DNA of 27,321 nucleotides. It comes from Candidatus Vampirococcus lugosii (GTDB lineage Bacteria > Patescibacteriota > Gracilibacteria > Absconditabacterales > Absconditicoccaceae). Of this stretch, positions 1 to 9,276 are shown in pieces; the first letter of the stretch is position 1; each line of letters starts with the position of its first letter. The notes beneath the pieces are model-generated. The model saw only the letters and a program-made list of their open reading frames with translations, was not told the origin of the DNA and made no database searches. Location: positions 1-27,321 of the forward strand of contig NZ_JAEDAM010000003.1 in the NCBI RefSeq assembly GCF_018420025.1, in the 5' to 3' direction. Position numbers and translations under genes: made by a program.

Positions 1-1
1 A

Positions 2-208
2 AAAGTATATAGTTATAGATGGTTAATAGAAGAAACATATAAATATTTAAAACAAGAATATAATTTAGAGAAAATACATTTAAGAAGTGAAGTTGAAAGA
101 CTAAATAATTATTATATGTATGTCTGGTTAGAAGTAGTTGAATATATATTACATAATTGAAAATTTTTCCGAAATAGAAATCAAAGAAATTACCTACAGA
201 ATCAATAA
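2..208 (+). CDS. IS4/IS5-type DDE transposase, C-terminal fragment (5' end cut by the window edge)
   Basis: Frame 2 translates to KVYSYRWLIEETYKYLKQEYNLEKIHLRSE..., which contains the Y-x2-R-x3-E-x6-K signature of IS4-family DDE transposases. The ORF ends at TAA 206-208 if the TGA at 158-160 is read as Gly, and at 160 if that TGA is a stop. Confidence 0.55.
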
Positions 209-257
209 AATTAACTTTTTTCTTTAATTTAGGTGCAGAAGATTAATTAATTTTCTC

Positions 258-285
258 TTGAAAAATTAAATAAAATCATTATATA
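258..285 (+). promoter_or_regulatory. Sigma70-like promoter candidate for the first tRNA array (TTGAAA-N16-TATATA)
   Basis: TTGAAA lies at 258-263 and TATATA at 280-285, about 50 nt upstream of tRNA-Gln. It shares the core AAAATCATTATATATA with the site at 724-751. Confidence 0.4.
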
Positions 286-336
286 TAAAAAATCATTTAA
301 TGAGATGAATTAATATTTTGTTGGATTATATTATTT

Positions 337-409
337 TGGGGTATGGCCAAGCTGGTAAGGCAACGGGCTTTGAACCCGTAATTCCTAGGTTCGAGTCCTA
401 GTACCCCAG
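337..409 (+). tRNA. tRNA-Gln (anticodon UUG)
   Basis: The cloverleaf folds by hand. The acceptor TGGGGTA pairs with TACCCCA (U1:A72, G73). The anticodon stem is ACGGG/CCCGT with loop CTTTGAA, and the T arm is CTAGG-TTCGAGT-CCTAG. It is very similar to E. coli tRNA-Gln. No CCA is encoded. Confidence 0.9.
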
Positions 410-422
410 TTTTTGTTTTTTA

Positions 423-494
423 TGCGGGATGGAGAAGTGGTATCTCGTCGGGCTCATAACCCGAAGGTCGTTGGTTCGAGTCCAACTCCCGCAA
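423..494 (+). tRNA. tRNA-Met (CAU), probable initiator tRNA-fMet
   Basis: The anticodon loop is CTCATAA. Three consecutive G:C pairs close the anticodon stem (TCGGG/CCCGA) and there is an A11:U24 pair, both initiator hallmarks. The sequence resembles E. coli tRNA-fMet overall. The 1:72 position is U:A rather than a C-A mismatch. Confidence 0.85.
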
Positions 495-528
495 ATTATA
501 ATATATTTGATAATTATTTAAGATGAGT

Positions 529-601
529 TCGGGAGTAGCTTAGTTGGTAGAGCGCCTGACTCTGAATCAGGAGATCGTAGGTTCAAGTCCTATCTCCCGA
601 G
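529..601 (+). tRNA. tRNA-Gln (anticodon CUG)
   Basis: The acceptor TCGGGAG pairs with CTCCCGA (U1:A72, G73, which are Gln identity features). The anticodon stem is CCTGA/TCAGG with loop CTCTGAA, and the T arm is GTAGG-TTCAAGT-CCTAT. Confidence 0.8.
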
Positions 602-618
602 AAAAATTAGATATATAT

Positions 619-700
619 GCCGAGGTGGTGGAATTGGCAGACACGCTTGGCTTAGAACCAAGTGCCTTACGGTGTGCGGGTTCAAGTCCCGCCCTCGGTA
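619..700 (+). tRNA. tRNA-Leu (anticodon UAG), class II with a long variable arm
   Basis: The acceptor GCCGAGG pairs with CCTCGGT. The anticodon stem is CTTGG/CCAAG with loop CTTAGAA, followed by a long variable arm GTGCCTTACGGTGT. The T arm is GCGGG-TTCAAGT-CCCGC. Confidence 0.9.
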
Positions 701-723
701 GGTTATAAATATTGAAAAATCTC

Positions 724-751
724 TTGATTTTCTAAAAAAAATCATTATATA
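724..751 (+). promoter_or_regulatory. Sigma70-like promoter candidate for tRNA-Asn (TTGATT-N16-TATATA)
   Basis: TTGATT lies at 724-729 and TATATA at 746-751, with the same spacing and the same AAAATCATTATATATA core as the site at 258-285. It sits about 15 nt upstream of tRNA-Asn. Confidence 0.4.
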
Positions 752-766
752 TATATCACAATATTT

Positions 767-839
767 TCCAAGGTAGCTCAGTTGGTAGAGCAAGTGGCTG
801 TTAACCACTGGGTCGTGGGTTCGAGTCCCACCCTTGGAG
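767..839 (+). tRNA. tRNA-Asn (anticodon GUU)
   Basis: The acceptor TCCAAGG pairs with CCTTGGA. The anticodon stem is AGTGG/CCACT with loop CTGTTAA, and the T arm is GTGGG-TTCGAGT-CCCAC. Confidence 0.9.
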
Positions 840-883
840 TATTGGTTTATTAATTTAGATTTTAAGATTATTGTTTGTAAAAT

Positions 884-1144
884 ATGGCAATTACAAAATC
901 AGCTAAAAAAGCTGTTAAAAGGAGTGAAAAAATGAGGGCTAGAAATTTAGTTTTTAAGTTGGAGATGAAGTCTTCTATAAAAAAATTAAAAAAAGCAGTT
1001 TCTGAATCTTCTTGAGAATTTGATTTACTTTTGAAAAAGGCATATTCAAGTATTGATAGAGCAGCTAGAAGGAATATTATTCATAAAAATAATGCTAGTA
1101 GAAAAAAATCTAATTTGTCTAAGTTAGTAAATAAATCTATATAA
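884..1144 (+). CDS. rpsT: 30S ribosomal protein bS20
   Basis: The product is 86 aa: MAITKSAKKAVKRSEKMRARNLVFK...IIHKNNASRKKSNLSKLV. This matches the S20 pattern (MANxKSAKKR...HKNxAxRxKxxL). It contains one in-frame TGA read as Gly. Confidence 0.9.
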
Positions 1145-1168
1145 AATTTTTTATTAATAGTTTTATTT

Positions 1169-1240
1169 GCCAGCTTAGCTCAGTGGTAGAGCAACCGCCT
1201 TGTAAGCGGTAGGTCGTGGGTTCAAGTCCCACAGCTGGCT
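1169..1240 (+). tRNA. tRNA-Thr (anticodon UGU)
   Basis: The acceptor GCCAGCT pairs with AGCTGGC. The anticodon stem is ACCGC/GCGGT with loop CTTGTAA, and the T arm is GTGGG-TTCAAGT-CCCAC. Confidence 0.9.
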
Positions 1241-1247
1241 TTGTTTT

Positions 1248-1324
1248 GGGGGCGTAGTTCAGTTGGCTAGAACGTCTGCCTGTCACGCAGAAGGTCGCGA
1301 GTTCGAGTCTCGTCGCTCCCGCCA
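1248..1324 (+). tRNA. tRNA-Asp (anticodon GUC), CCA encoded
   Basis: The acceptor GGGGGCG pairs with CGCTCCC. The anticodon stem is TCTGC/GCAGA with loop CTGTCAC. G73 is followed by a genomic CCA at 1322-1324. Confidence 0.9.
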
Positions 1325-1327
1325 TTT

Positions 1328-1402
1328 GGTCCTATCGTCTAGTGGTTAGGATATCGGGTTTTCATCCCGAAGACCGGGGTTCGATTCCCCGTAGGACTGC
1401 CA
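1328..1402 (+). tRNA. tRNA-Glu (anticodon UUC), CCA encoded
   Basis: The acceptor GGTCCTA pairs with TAGGACT. The D arm is the Glu-type GTCTAGTGGTTAGGAT. The anticodon stem is TCGGG/CCCGA with loop TTTTCAT. A genomic CCA lies at 1400-1402. Confidence 0.9.
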
Positions 1403-1411
1403 TTTTTAATA

Positions 1412-1488
1412 GGGTGATTAGCTCAGTTGGCGAGAGCACTTGCCTTACAAGCAAGGGGTCATAGGTTCGAGTCCTATATCACCCACCA
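1412..1488 (+). tRNA. tRNA-Val (anticodon UAC), CCA encoded
   Basis: The acceptor GGGTGAT pairs with ATCACCC. The anticodon stem is CTTGC/GCAAG with loop CTTACAA. A genomic CCA lies at 1486-1488. Confidence 0.9.
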
Positions 1489-1938
1489 CTTATAAAATAT
1501 ATTTATTGTTTTTTTTAAAGTTAATTATTCTCTTTTGTAATATTGTTTTGTTAATGTTTTATTTTTGATTTTGTATATAGTTGTTGATTTCTTGTTTAAT
1601 TTTTTGATAAACTATTGTAAATTTTTTTCTTTTGTTATTTTTTTTTGAGTAGGCTATTATTTTTTATTTAGTTTTTAAAATGTATTATATTTTGATAAAT
1701 TGAAATAAAAAATGTATTAGTCTATTTTTGTTATTTTGTTATTTAATAAATTTAATGGGTAAAATTGTAAAATAAATTTTATAGAAAATAAATTTAATTT
1801 TCATAATATAAATAATACTGATAAAAAAGCTTATTTAATAAAAATTGCTATTATGAAAAAATATAGTTTGATACTAAATAGTGTTATTTTATCTTTGAAT
1901 TTATATAATAAATTATTTATTTATTTTTAATAAAAAAT

Positions 1939-2427
1939 ATGTTTAGTAGGGAAAAAATAATAAATTGTTTAAAAAATAATTGGAAAAAAATATTATTGTT
2001 TATTTTGTTAATTATTTTTTGATTTTGTTTTCATGTTTTTGTACTTATTGCTGGTAGTATAGTTTATTTTACTTATTTTTCAGCTTTTCTTTTTTTAATT
2101 TTTTCTTTTTCTATTTTTAAAAAATTTTATAAAACTTTATTTTACTTTATTTTATTTTTAGTTATATCCCAAATATTAATTTTATTAATTTCATTTCCAA
2201 AATGTAGTTATAATTTTAAATATCCAATGTATTCTTGTAAATGTTTAGGTGTCAAAAAACAAGAACTTTTTGGAACACAGTGTATTTGAAAAATAAAAGA
2301 ATGTTATGATTATTTAAAAAATTCAAATATTTGAAAAGAAGAATCTTTAGAATTATCTTATGAAGATAAATATCATTCAGAATTTAAAGTTTCTTGTGAT
2401 AATTTTCCAGATAAATTAATGAAATAA
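1939..2427 (+). CDS. Hypothetical small membrane protein with a Cys-rich C-terminal tail (162 aa)
   Basis: The ORF is uninterrupted when TGA is read as Gly. The N-terminal half is strongly hydrophobic, with about three predicted TM segments (LLFILLIIFGFCFHVFVLIAGSIVYF...). The C-terminal ~75 aa are hydrophilic and contain 7 Cys. I recognise no family. Confidence 0.6.
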
Positions 2428-2536
2428 GTTAGATAATAAAATTTGAAAAATTAATTATTAATTTGTTTAATTAATTAAAATTTAATGACAAGAGAAAAAT
2501 TTTAAATTGAATATGTAAATAATATTGATAAAAGAC

Positions 2537-2564
2537 TTGAATTATATTAATTAATTATTAATAT
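2537..2564 (+). promoter_or_regulatory. Promoter candidate (TTGAAT-N16-TAATAT) upstream of the Cys-rich repeat protein gene
   Basis: TTGAAT lies at 2537-2542 and TAATAT at 2559-2564, 65 nt upstream of the ATG at 2629. Such matches arise easily by chance in AT-rich DNA. Confidence 0.3.
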
Positions 2565-2628
2565 ATAGACATATTAATTTGTGTAATTTATAAATTAATA
2601 TATATTTATATAATAATTAATTATAATT

Positions 2629-4602
2629 ATGAAGAAAATAATTTTGTTTTTTATGTGAATATCTTTTTTGTTTTCGATATCTTATTGAAATAACGAATAT
2701 TATAATAGATTAAATTCTTGAGAGAAATTAGTTGTTGATATATATATATCTGAATGATATAATAATGTTTATAGAAATTCTGCTAGACGAAATAATAAAG
2801 GTTATATTATACATAATTATAAGCGTTATGAAATTTCTTATGATCAATATAAAGATCAGATTATACAAAATCTAAATGATGCAATATCTGATGATAATAG
2901 TGATTTTGAAAATTCAATTTATTTGTGAATTCTTAACAGATTATGATCTGGTGAATATTTTTCTGAAGATACAGAAGAAAGATGAACATATAATAATGAT
3001 GATATAGGTTTAGATTATTCTTGTATATTTCCAACATGAGAGAATAATAGACCAGAATGAGAATGAGTAGAATATTGTAAAGATTGATGTAAACCAGTAC
3101 CTGATGCTGTACAGCCATCCCCTAAACCAAAATATCCATATTGGAGATATGTGGATTGAAATTTAGATACTGAATGTACATGGTCATGCAAAGAATGATA
3201 TTCAAAAAAATGATATTGATGTGTATCAGGTGTTGAATATGAATTGTCAAATAATGTATTATCACCTGATGCTAGAGTAGATATTAGAGTTGCTTGACTT
3301 AAAGAAGATAATGCTTTAGTATGTCGGTCTGTGCATCAACATCCTAATGTACCTGATGCAGTGAATCCTACTAAATGTGATAATCCACCAACTAATTATG
3401 TAAAAGTTTCTGAACATAAAGAATGAGCTTGATGAATATGATCTTGGGTTTATAAAGATTCAGAACGAAGAGCAACAATACATTATGATAAAATGATTTA
3501 TGATGAATGAATTCAAGTTCAATCACATATGTATAATGAATCTACTTGACAAAAAGGTTCTAGTTGAATTATACATTCTTTATGAAATGACTCAAGTTTA
3601 GATCATAATGATGATGCAAGAACTTGAAATGAAGATAAATATGGTTGTAGGTGACTTACACCAGTTGGTGAAAAAGTTATAAAATGTTGATATGGTGGTT
3701 GTAGTGATGATCTTATTGATGAAGATCTTCATGGTTGACATATTTGGGCATATTTACCTTCAAATACAGGAAATCCTAATGAACTTTGATCATGTAAATG
3801 GGCATGTAAAGATTGATATAAACCGGATTGAAATAGATGTATTCCTTTTGAGGAACGAAAAAAATTATGAGGTAGTGGTGTTCAAATATCAAGTGATACA
3901 TTGACACCAGATTCAAATGTAAATGTTGTTATTCATTGACTTAGACCAAATAATTGATGGATATGTCAGTCTGTACATGCACATCCTAATGTGCCTGATG
4001 CAGTAGATCCTACTAGATGTGATAATCCTCCGACTAATTATAAAAAAGTTTCAGAATTAGTAAATAATTCCAATTGGAGATATGATGGTCTTATGTATAA
4101 AACAGAATTGAAGTATAATCCTAATGTTCATGCTGAATGAATTAAATTACAATATGCTGCATATACTGAAGGTGTTTGAGGTATTCGTTGAAGTGCTCGT
4201 TATAGTAAAATTATTAAAGTATCAGAACAGACATCTCAGCCTCAACCAAATAATAATTGATGAGATATTAATATTAAATTATCAAGTAATGAATTAAAAC
4301 CAAATTCAAATGTAAATCTTGAAATTAATTGAATTGAAAAATCTAGTTCATGGATATGTCAGTCTGTACATGCACACCCTAATGTGCCTGATGCAATAGA
4401 TCCAGGTCGTTGTAGTAATCCTCCAACTAATTATAAAAAAGTTTCAGAATTAAAAGGTTCTTGGGTATACCAAAATTGATCTTTGAAAACAGAATTGAAG
4501 TATAATCCTAATGTTCATGCTGAATGAATTAAATTACAATATTCTATTTATGACGAAAATACTTGAAAAAAAGGTTCTAGTCAAGTTATTAATGTTAAAT
4601 AA
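2629..4602 (+). CDS. Secreted Cys-rich repeat protein (657 aa): signal peptide, two C-x-W-x-C-K-[DE]-G-Y EGF-like knots and three ~115-aa repeat modules
   Basis: I translated the ORF codon by codon and found no TAA or TAG in frame, and many TGA codons read as Gly. The N-terminus MKKIILFFMGISFLFSISYG looks like a signal peptide. A conserved module C-x-SVH-x-HPNVPDA-x2-P-x2-C-x-NPPTNY-x-KVSE occurs three times. I recognise no known family. Confidence 0.75.
3229..3579 (+). repeat. Intragenic repeat module 1 (divergent copy)
   Basis: It encodes ...LVCRSVHQHPNVPDAVNPTKCDNPPTNYVKVSE...EGIQVQSHMYNESTGQKGSS, which aligns with modules 2 and 3. Confidence 0.7.
3877..4221 (+). repeat. Intragenic repeat module 2
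   Basis: It encodes ...WICQSVHAHPNVPDAVDPTRCDNPPTNYKKVSEL...TELKYNPNVHAEGIKLQY. Long stretches are nearly identical to module 3 at the nucleotide level, offset by 393 bp for the first block (3961-4059) and 387 bp for the second (4100-4156). Confidence 0.8.
4261..4599 (+). repeat. Intragenic repeat module 3
   Basis: It encodes ...WICQSVHAHPNVPDAIDPGRCSNPPTNYKKVSEL...TELKYNPNVHAEGIKLQY...TGKKGSS. The stretch aaaacagaattgaagtataatcctaatgttcatgctgaatgaattaaattacaatat is identical to the corresponding stretch in module 2. Confidence 0.8.
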
Positions 4603-4624
4603 CTTTTATTAATTATTTTTTATA

Positions 4625-4682
4625 AAAAACTTGGATTAAGTTATATATTATTTATATAATTATGACTTAATTTAAGTTTTTT
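4625..4682 (+). terminator. Rho-independent terminator candidate (long AU-rich hairpin plus T run)
   Basis: AAAAACTTGGATTAAGT (4625-4641) pairs with ACTTAATTTAAGTTTTT (4665-4681), using two G:U wobbles. T residues follow. It lies 23 nt after the stop codon. Confidence 0.5.
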
Positions 4683-4841
4683 ATATTACAAATTATACTA
4701 TTTTATATATGAATATAGTATAATTTTTTTCTAAAAAAAATATAGAAATATAATATATTTTTAATAGTACAAAACTATTGAAATATCTTTTAAATTTCTT
4801 ATATATTAATTATAATAGTTTATTTATAAGAAATATTTTTT

Positions 4842-6878
4842 ATGGATTTGAAAGAACTTAAAACATCATCTAGATATTTGAGTATATTAAATGCTAATTG
4901 AATTTATAATATCAAAGATTTTTTTTTATATCTTCCTAGAGATTATGAAGATAGAACAGAAATAAAAAAAGTTAGAGATCTTGTGATTGATAATACTACT
5001 CAAACAACAAAATGAGAACTAATTTCAAAAAATATGATAAATACTGCTAGATGAAAAAAATTAATAGAAATTATATTAGAAGATGAAATATGAAATAAAA
5101 TTTTTGTAAATATTATGAATAATACTTATTATTTTCAAACTTTAGAAAAAGGTAAATTTTATGTTATAGTTGGTAAACCTAAATTTCAGAGATGAAAAAT
5201 AATTTTTTGGAATCCTAAAATAATTAATTCAGAAAATATGAAAAACAATGAACAAACATGAAGAATATATCCAATATATTCCGAACTTATGTGAATTAAA
5301 GCATCTCGGTTTGCCAAAAAAATTTTGGAAAATATTGAAAAGCTAGATTATTTGTTTCCTGATCCACTTCCTCAAAGTATAATTAATTCTTATTGATTGT
5401 TAAATTTATGAGAAGCTATAAGAAATATTCATTTTCCTCAAAGTTTTGAAAAACTTACAAAAGCTCAATATAGAATATATTTTGATAAAGTATTAAAAAT
5501 ACAAATTGTATCTCAAATCTCAAAAATAAAACATAAAAAAGAAATTAAATCTAAATTAATTCCTAAATGGGAAGTTATAAAAAATTTTTTGAATACATTG
5601 CCTTTTGATTTAACAAATGCACAAAAAAAAGCTATAAAAATTTGTATAGAAGATATTTGTAGTTGAAAACCTATGTTGAGACTTTTGCAATGAGATGTTG
5701 GTAGTGGTAAAACTGTTGTTGCTATTGCTATTGCTTATTATATAAAAAATGTTTTGGGTAAACAAAGTGCAATTTTGGCTCCTACTGAAGTTTTGGCAAA
5801 ACAACATTTTTTATGAATTAATAAGTTTTTACTACCTTTATGAATAAAAATTGATTTACTTACTTGATCTACATCACTGAAAGATAAGGAAAAAATAAAA
5901 CAAAATTTATTTAATTCTAATACTGATATTGTTGTATGAACTACTGCTATTATTCAAGATACTGTTGATTTTTGTAATTTATGATTTGTAGTAATAGATG
6001 AACAACATAAATTTTGAGTAAAACAAAGATGATATTTAAAAAAATTTAATACTCCTCATATTTTGCAAATGACTGCAACTCCTATTCCAAGATCTCTTGC
6101 AATAGCTTTTTTTGGTGAATTTGATGTTAGTATTATTGATGAACTTCCAGCTGGTAGGAAAAAAATTCATACCAAAGTAATTACTGAAAATCAATTTAAT
6201 AAATTGAAAGAATGGATCTTACAAAAAATTGATCAAGGTCAACAAGTATATATTATTACGCCATTGATAGAAGAAAGTGAAGCTATGGAAAATGTAGCTA
6301 ATGTTATGCAAGAATATGAAAATACTAAAGATTTTTTTTCTTCAATATCTGATAAAGTTGATGTTTTACATGGTAAAATGTCGTCCAAAGATAAAGATTT
6401 AGTTATGAATAAATTTAAAAATAATAAAACAAAAATATTAGTAAGCACTACAGTAATAGAAGTTTGAGTTGATAGTCCTACAGCAACTATTATATTAATA
6501 AAAAATTCTGAAAGATTTGGACTCTCTCAACTTCATCAACTTCGTGGTAGAGTTGGAAGAAGTGATTTACAATCATATTGTTTTTTAATGACAACTTCAA
6601 AATCTCAAGATACTATACAAAGATTAAAAAATATGGAAAAATATTCTGATTGATTTAATTTATCACAAATAGATTTACAAACTCGTGGATGATGAGAAAT
6701 ATTATGAATTAAACAATCTTGACAAACTGATATTCCTATTAATATTTTGATGGATACAGAATTTTTGGAAAAAGTACAAAATGCTAGTATTGATATACTA
6801 CAAACTTATCCTAAATTAGAAAATTTAAATTTACTTAAAAAAGAAATTTTGAAATCTGATCCTAATATTTTAAGTTAA
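4842..6878 (+). CDS. recG: ATP-dependent DNA helicase RecG (678 aa)
   Basis: Motifs found: [14 protein letters not shown] (Walker A, first Gly is TGA), [47 protein letters not shown] and TRGGGEILGIKQSG. The frame stays open across the whole gene with TGA read as Gly. Confidence 0.95.
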
Positions 6879-7073
6879 TTTTATTAAATTATATTGAAAT
6901 TATTTATTTTTTTTATTATAATTAATTGTAATTAAATTTATAGTTTATTTAAATTAATTTAAATTGTCACATATATTTAAAATATTCGTATTGATTTATG
7001 ATACTGTGATTGTTTATTTTATAAATTTATTTTATGTTTTTGCAATTTTTATATATCTAACAATAATTTTTTG

Positions 7074-7937
7074 ATGAAAATAAATGATTTTTTTGAGGAA
7101 AATAAAAAAATTTCGCCTACACAAGAAGAAAAATTTGATATTTATCAAATGTTTATACAAAAGACTCAAAAAAGAACTATACTTGATAGAGTTCCATTTT
7201 ATTCAAAAGTATTAATATATACTGTTTTCTTGTTTTTCTTATTTTTATGATTTTATACAAGTAATGAAGAAAAAAATAATAAAACTGGTATTATTGCAAG
7301 TACAAGTAAATGAACTTGAGACTATGTTTCAAGTCCTGTTTCAAAAAAAGAAAATATATCATATTCTGAAACTGAAAAATTTATAAATAAATATTATGAT
7401 TTTAGGTTTTTTGAAAAAAATAAAGATATAGTAGATGAGCAAGATAATCTAAATACAGATACTGTTTTGGCATCAAAATGAAAGCAATTATTATCGGAAG
7501 AAAATTTATGACAATTTAAAAATATTGTTAATATATCTTTTCTCAAAGAAGATCTTGATAGTTTAGTAGTCTCATATATGAATTGAGATAAAGATAATTA
7601 TCATAATTCTTATGAAAATGTTTTATGAAAAATAAATAATTTATATGAAATATTTGAAATGGAAAAATATTCATATTTATTAGAATTATCTTCTAGTTCC
7701 AATACTAAATCTATATCTAATTTACTTATGATTACAGATCAGTTAATATCTAGATTAAATAATGATTATATAATTACAAAAGAAGAATCTGAAATTTTTA
7801 ATGTTTTTATAGCTTGGTTAGTTATTCTTAGAGAAAGTGATTTTTGAAAATTTAAATGAGAAAATTTTACTGTTTTAGAAATTTTGGATCAACTTAATGT
7901 TGAACAATTTAAAAAAAATTTAACACTTAATAAATAA
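7074..7937 (+). CDS. Hypothetical membrane-anchored protein (287 aa)
   Basis: The ORF is uninterrupted under code 25. It has a single hydrophobic segment (VLIYTVFLFFLFLGFY) about 45 aa from the N-terminus, followed by a hydrophilic Asn/Lys/Glu-rich domain. I recognise no family. Its stop lies 1 nt before the next start. Confidence 0.6.
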
Positions 7938-7938
7938 T

Positions 7939-8379
7939 ATGGAATTTGATTTTCATTATTACTGGATAGCTTTGTGAATATTGTTTATTATAATAGAAAT
8001 ATTTATTTTGACATTAGATTTTTTAGCTTTGTGAATTTCTGCTATTTTGACTTGACTTTTATCAGCCGTATTTTGATTTTGATTTGAAATGCGGTGGTTA
8101 AGTTGATTTTTTTTTATGTTTTTTTCAATAATTAATATTTTTATTTTTAGAAAATTTTTGTTTCCATATATAAGATCAACAATTAAATCAGATAGTCCTA
8201 TGAGTGCAGATAATTTTGTTTGAGAAAAAGAAATTATACAAGTTGTAAGTTGAGAAAAAGTAATATTTCGTGATGGTTGATATTGGCCTGTATATTGTGA
8301 AGAAAAAATTAATAATTGAGATACTGTAGAATTGTTAGAAATGCATTGATGATGATATAAAGTTAAAAAAGTATTTTAA
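7939..8379 (+). CDS. NfeD-family membrane protein (146 aa)
   Basis: The N-terminal part has 3-4 hydrophobic helices. The C-terminus is an OB-like pattern, VGEKEIIQVVSGEKVIFRDGGYWPVYCEEKINNGDTVELLEMHGGGYKVKKV, typical of the NfeD C-terminal domain. It contains 13 in-frame TGA codons and only one GGN codon. Confidence 0.6.
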
Positions 8380-8394
8380 ATAAAAAAATTAATT

Positions 8395-9276
8395 ATGTGT
8401 TTTTTGAAAAGAAATATAGATATTTCCAATTTTTCAAATTTTAAAACAAAAGCTAGTGCTAAATATTTTTTTCAAATAAATAATTTACAAGATGTTTTAT
8501 TACTTAATGATTTATTTGATTTTGCAAATAAAAATAATTTAAAAATTTTATTTGTATGAGCAGGAACTAATATTCTTTTTGCTTTCTATGAATTTGATTG
8601 AATAATTATCAAAAATAATTTGAATTGATTTGATTATGATAAATGAGCAAAAATATTGAATATTTATTCAAATGAATTAATTTCAAATATTTCAGAAAAG
8701 TTAGAATATGAATATGATGAAAATATATGGCATAGATTTATATGACTGCCTTGAACAGTAGGTTGAGCTATTTATTGAAATGCGGGATGTTTTGGTTTGG
8801 AAATTTCATCAAATATATTAAATGTTGAAGTTTATGATTTTATAAATTGAAATTTTTTAATATTAAATAAAGAAGATATTAATTTTTGATACAGAAAATC
8901 TTTTTTTAAAGATAATTTTTGATATTTAATAATTAAAGCTAGTTTTGATTTATCAAAAATAAAAGAAAAATATTCAAGTGATGTAGATAATATTTATTTT
9001 AGAGAAAATAAACAGCCAAAATGAAATTCATGTGGTAGTTTTTTTCAAAATCCTTCAAAAGATTTTTCTGCTGGTAAATTGATACAAGAAGTAAATTTAA
9101 AATGATTTACTTATTGATCTGCTTTTTTCTCTGATAAACATGCAAATTTTCTTATGACTAATAAAGATTTTTGAGATTATAATGATTTATTATATTTAAT
9201 AAAATTGGCACAAAAAAAAGTAAAAAATCAATTTAATATAGAATTAATTCCAGAAGTTAAAATTGCAACAAACTAA
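8395..9276 (+). CDS. murB: UDP-N-acetylenolpyruvoylglucosamine reductase MurB (293 aa)
   Basis: Motifs found: VGAGTNILF, GLPGTVGGAIYGNAGCFG, QPKGNSCGSFFQNP and SDKHANFLMT. I translated the ORF fully and found no TAA or TAG in frame. Confidence 0.9.

Noticed and set aside
590-808. Minus-strand 72-aa ORF from the ORF track.
   Set aside because: It is antisense to tRNA-Gln(CUG), tRNA-Leu and tRNA-Asn. Its openness is a by-product of the GC-rich tRNA sequence.
1137-1325. Minus-strand 62-aa ORF from the ORF track.
   Set aside because: It is antisense to the tRNA-Thr and tRNA-Asp genes, so it is not a credible coding region.
1853-1930. Small 25-codon ORF (MKKYSLILNSVILSLNLYNKLFIYF) upstream of the membrane protein gene.
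   Set aside because: It is too short, has no supporting motif or conservation evidence, and ORFs of this size arise by chance in this composition.
1489-1938. The spacer could be a replication origin or a structured ncRNA.
   Set aside because: There is no DnaA-box-like 9-mer, no dnaA or dnaN nearby, and no GC-rich helices of the kind that make the tRNAs stand out. The evidence is insufficient for either call.
3229-4599. The repeats could be a CRISPR array or a non-coding tandem repeat.
   Set aside because: The repeats are about 340 bp long, lie in frame and encode a conserved protein module inside a continuous ORF. They have no short direct repeat and spacer organisation.
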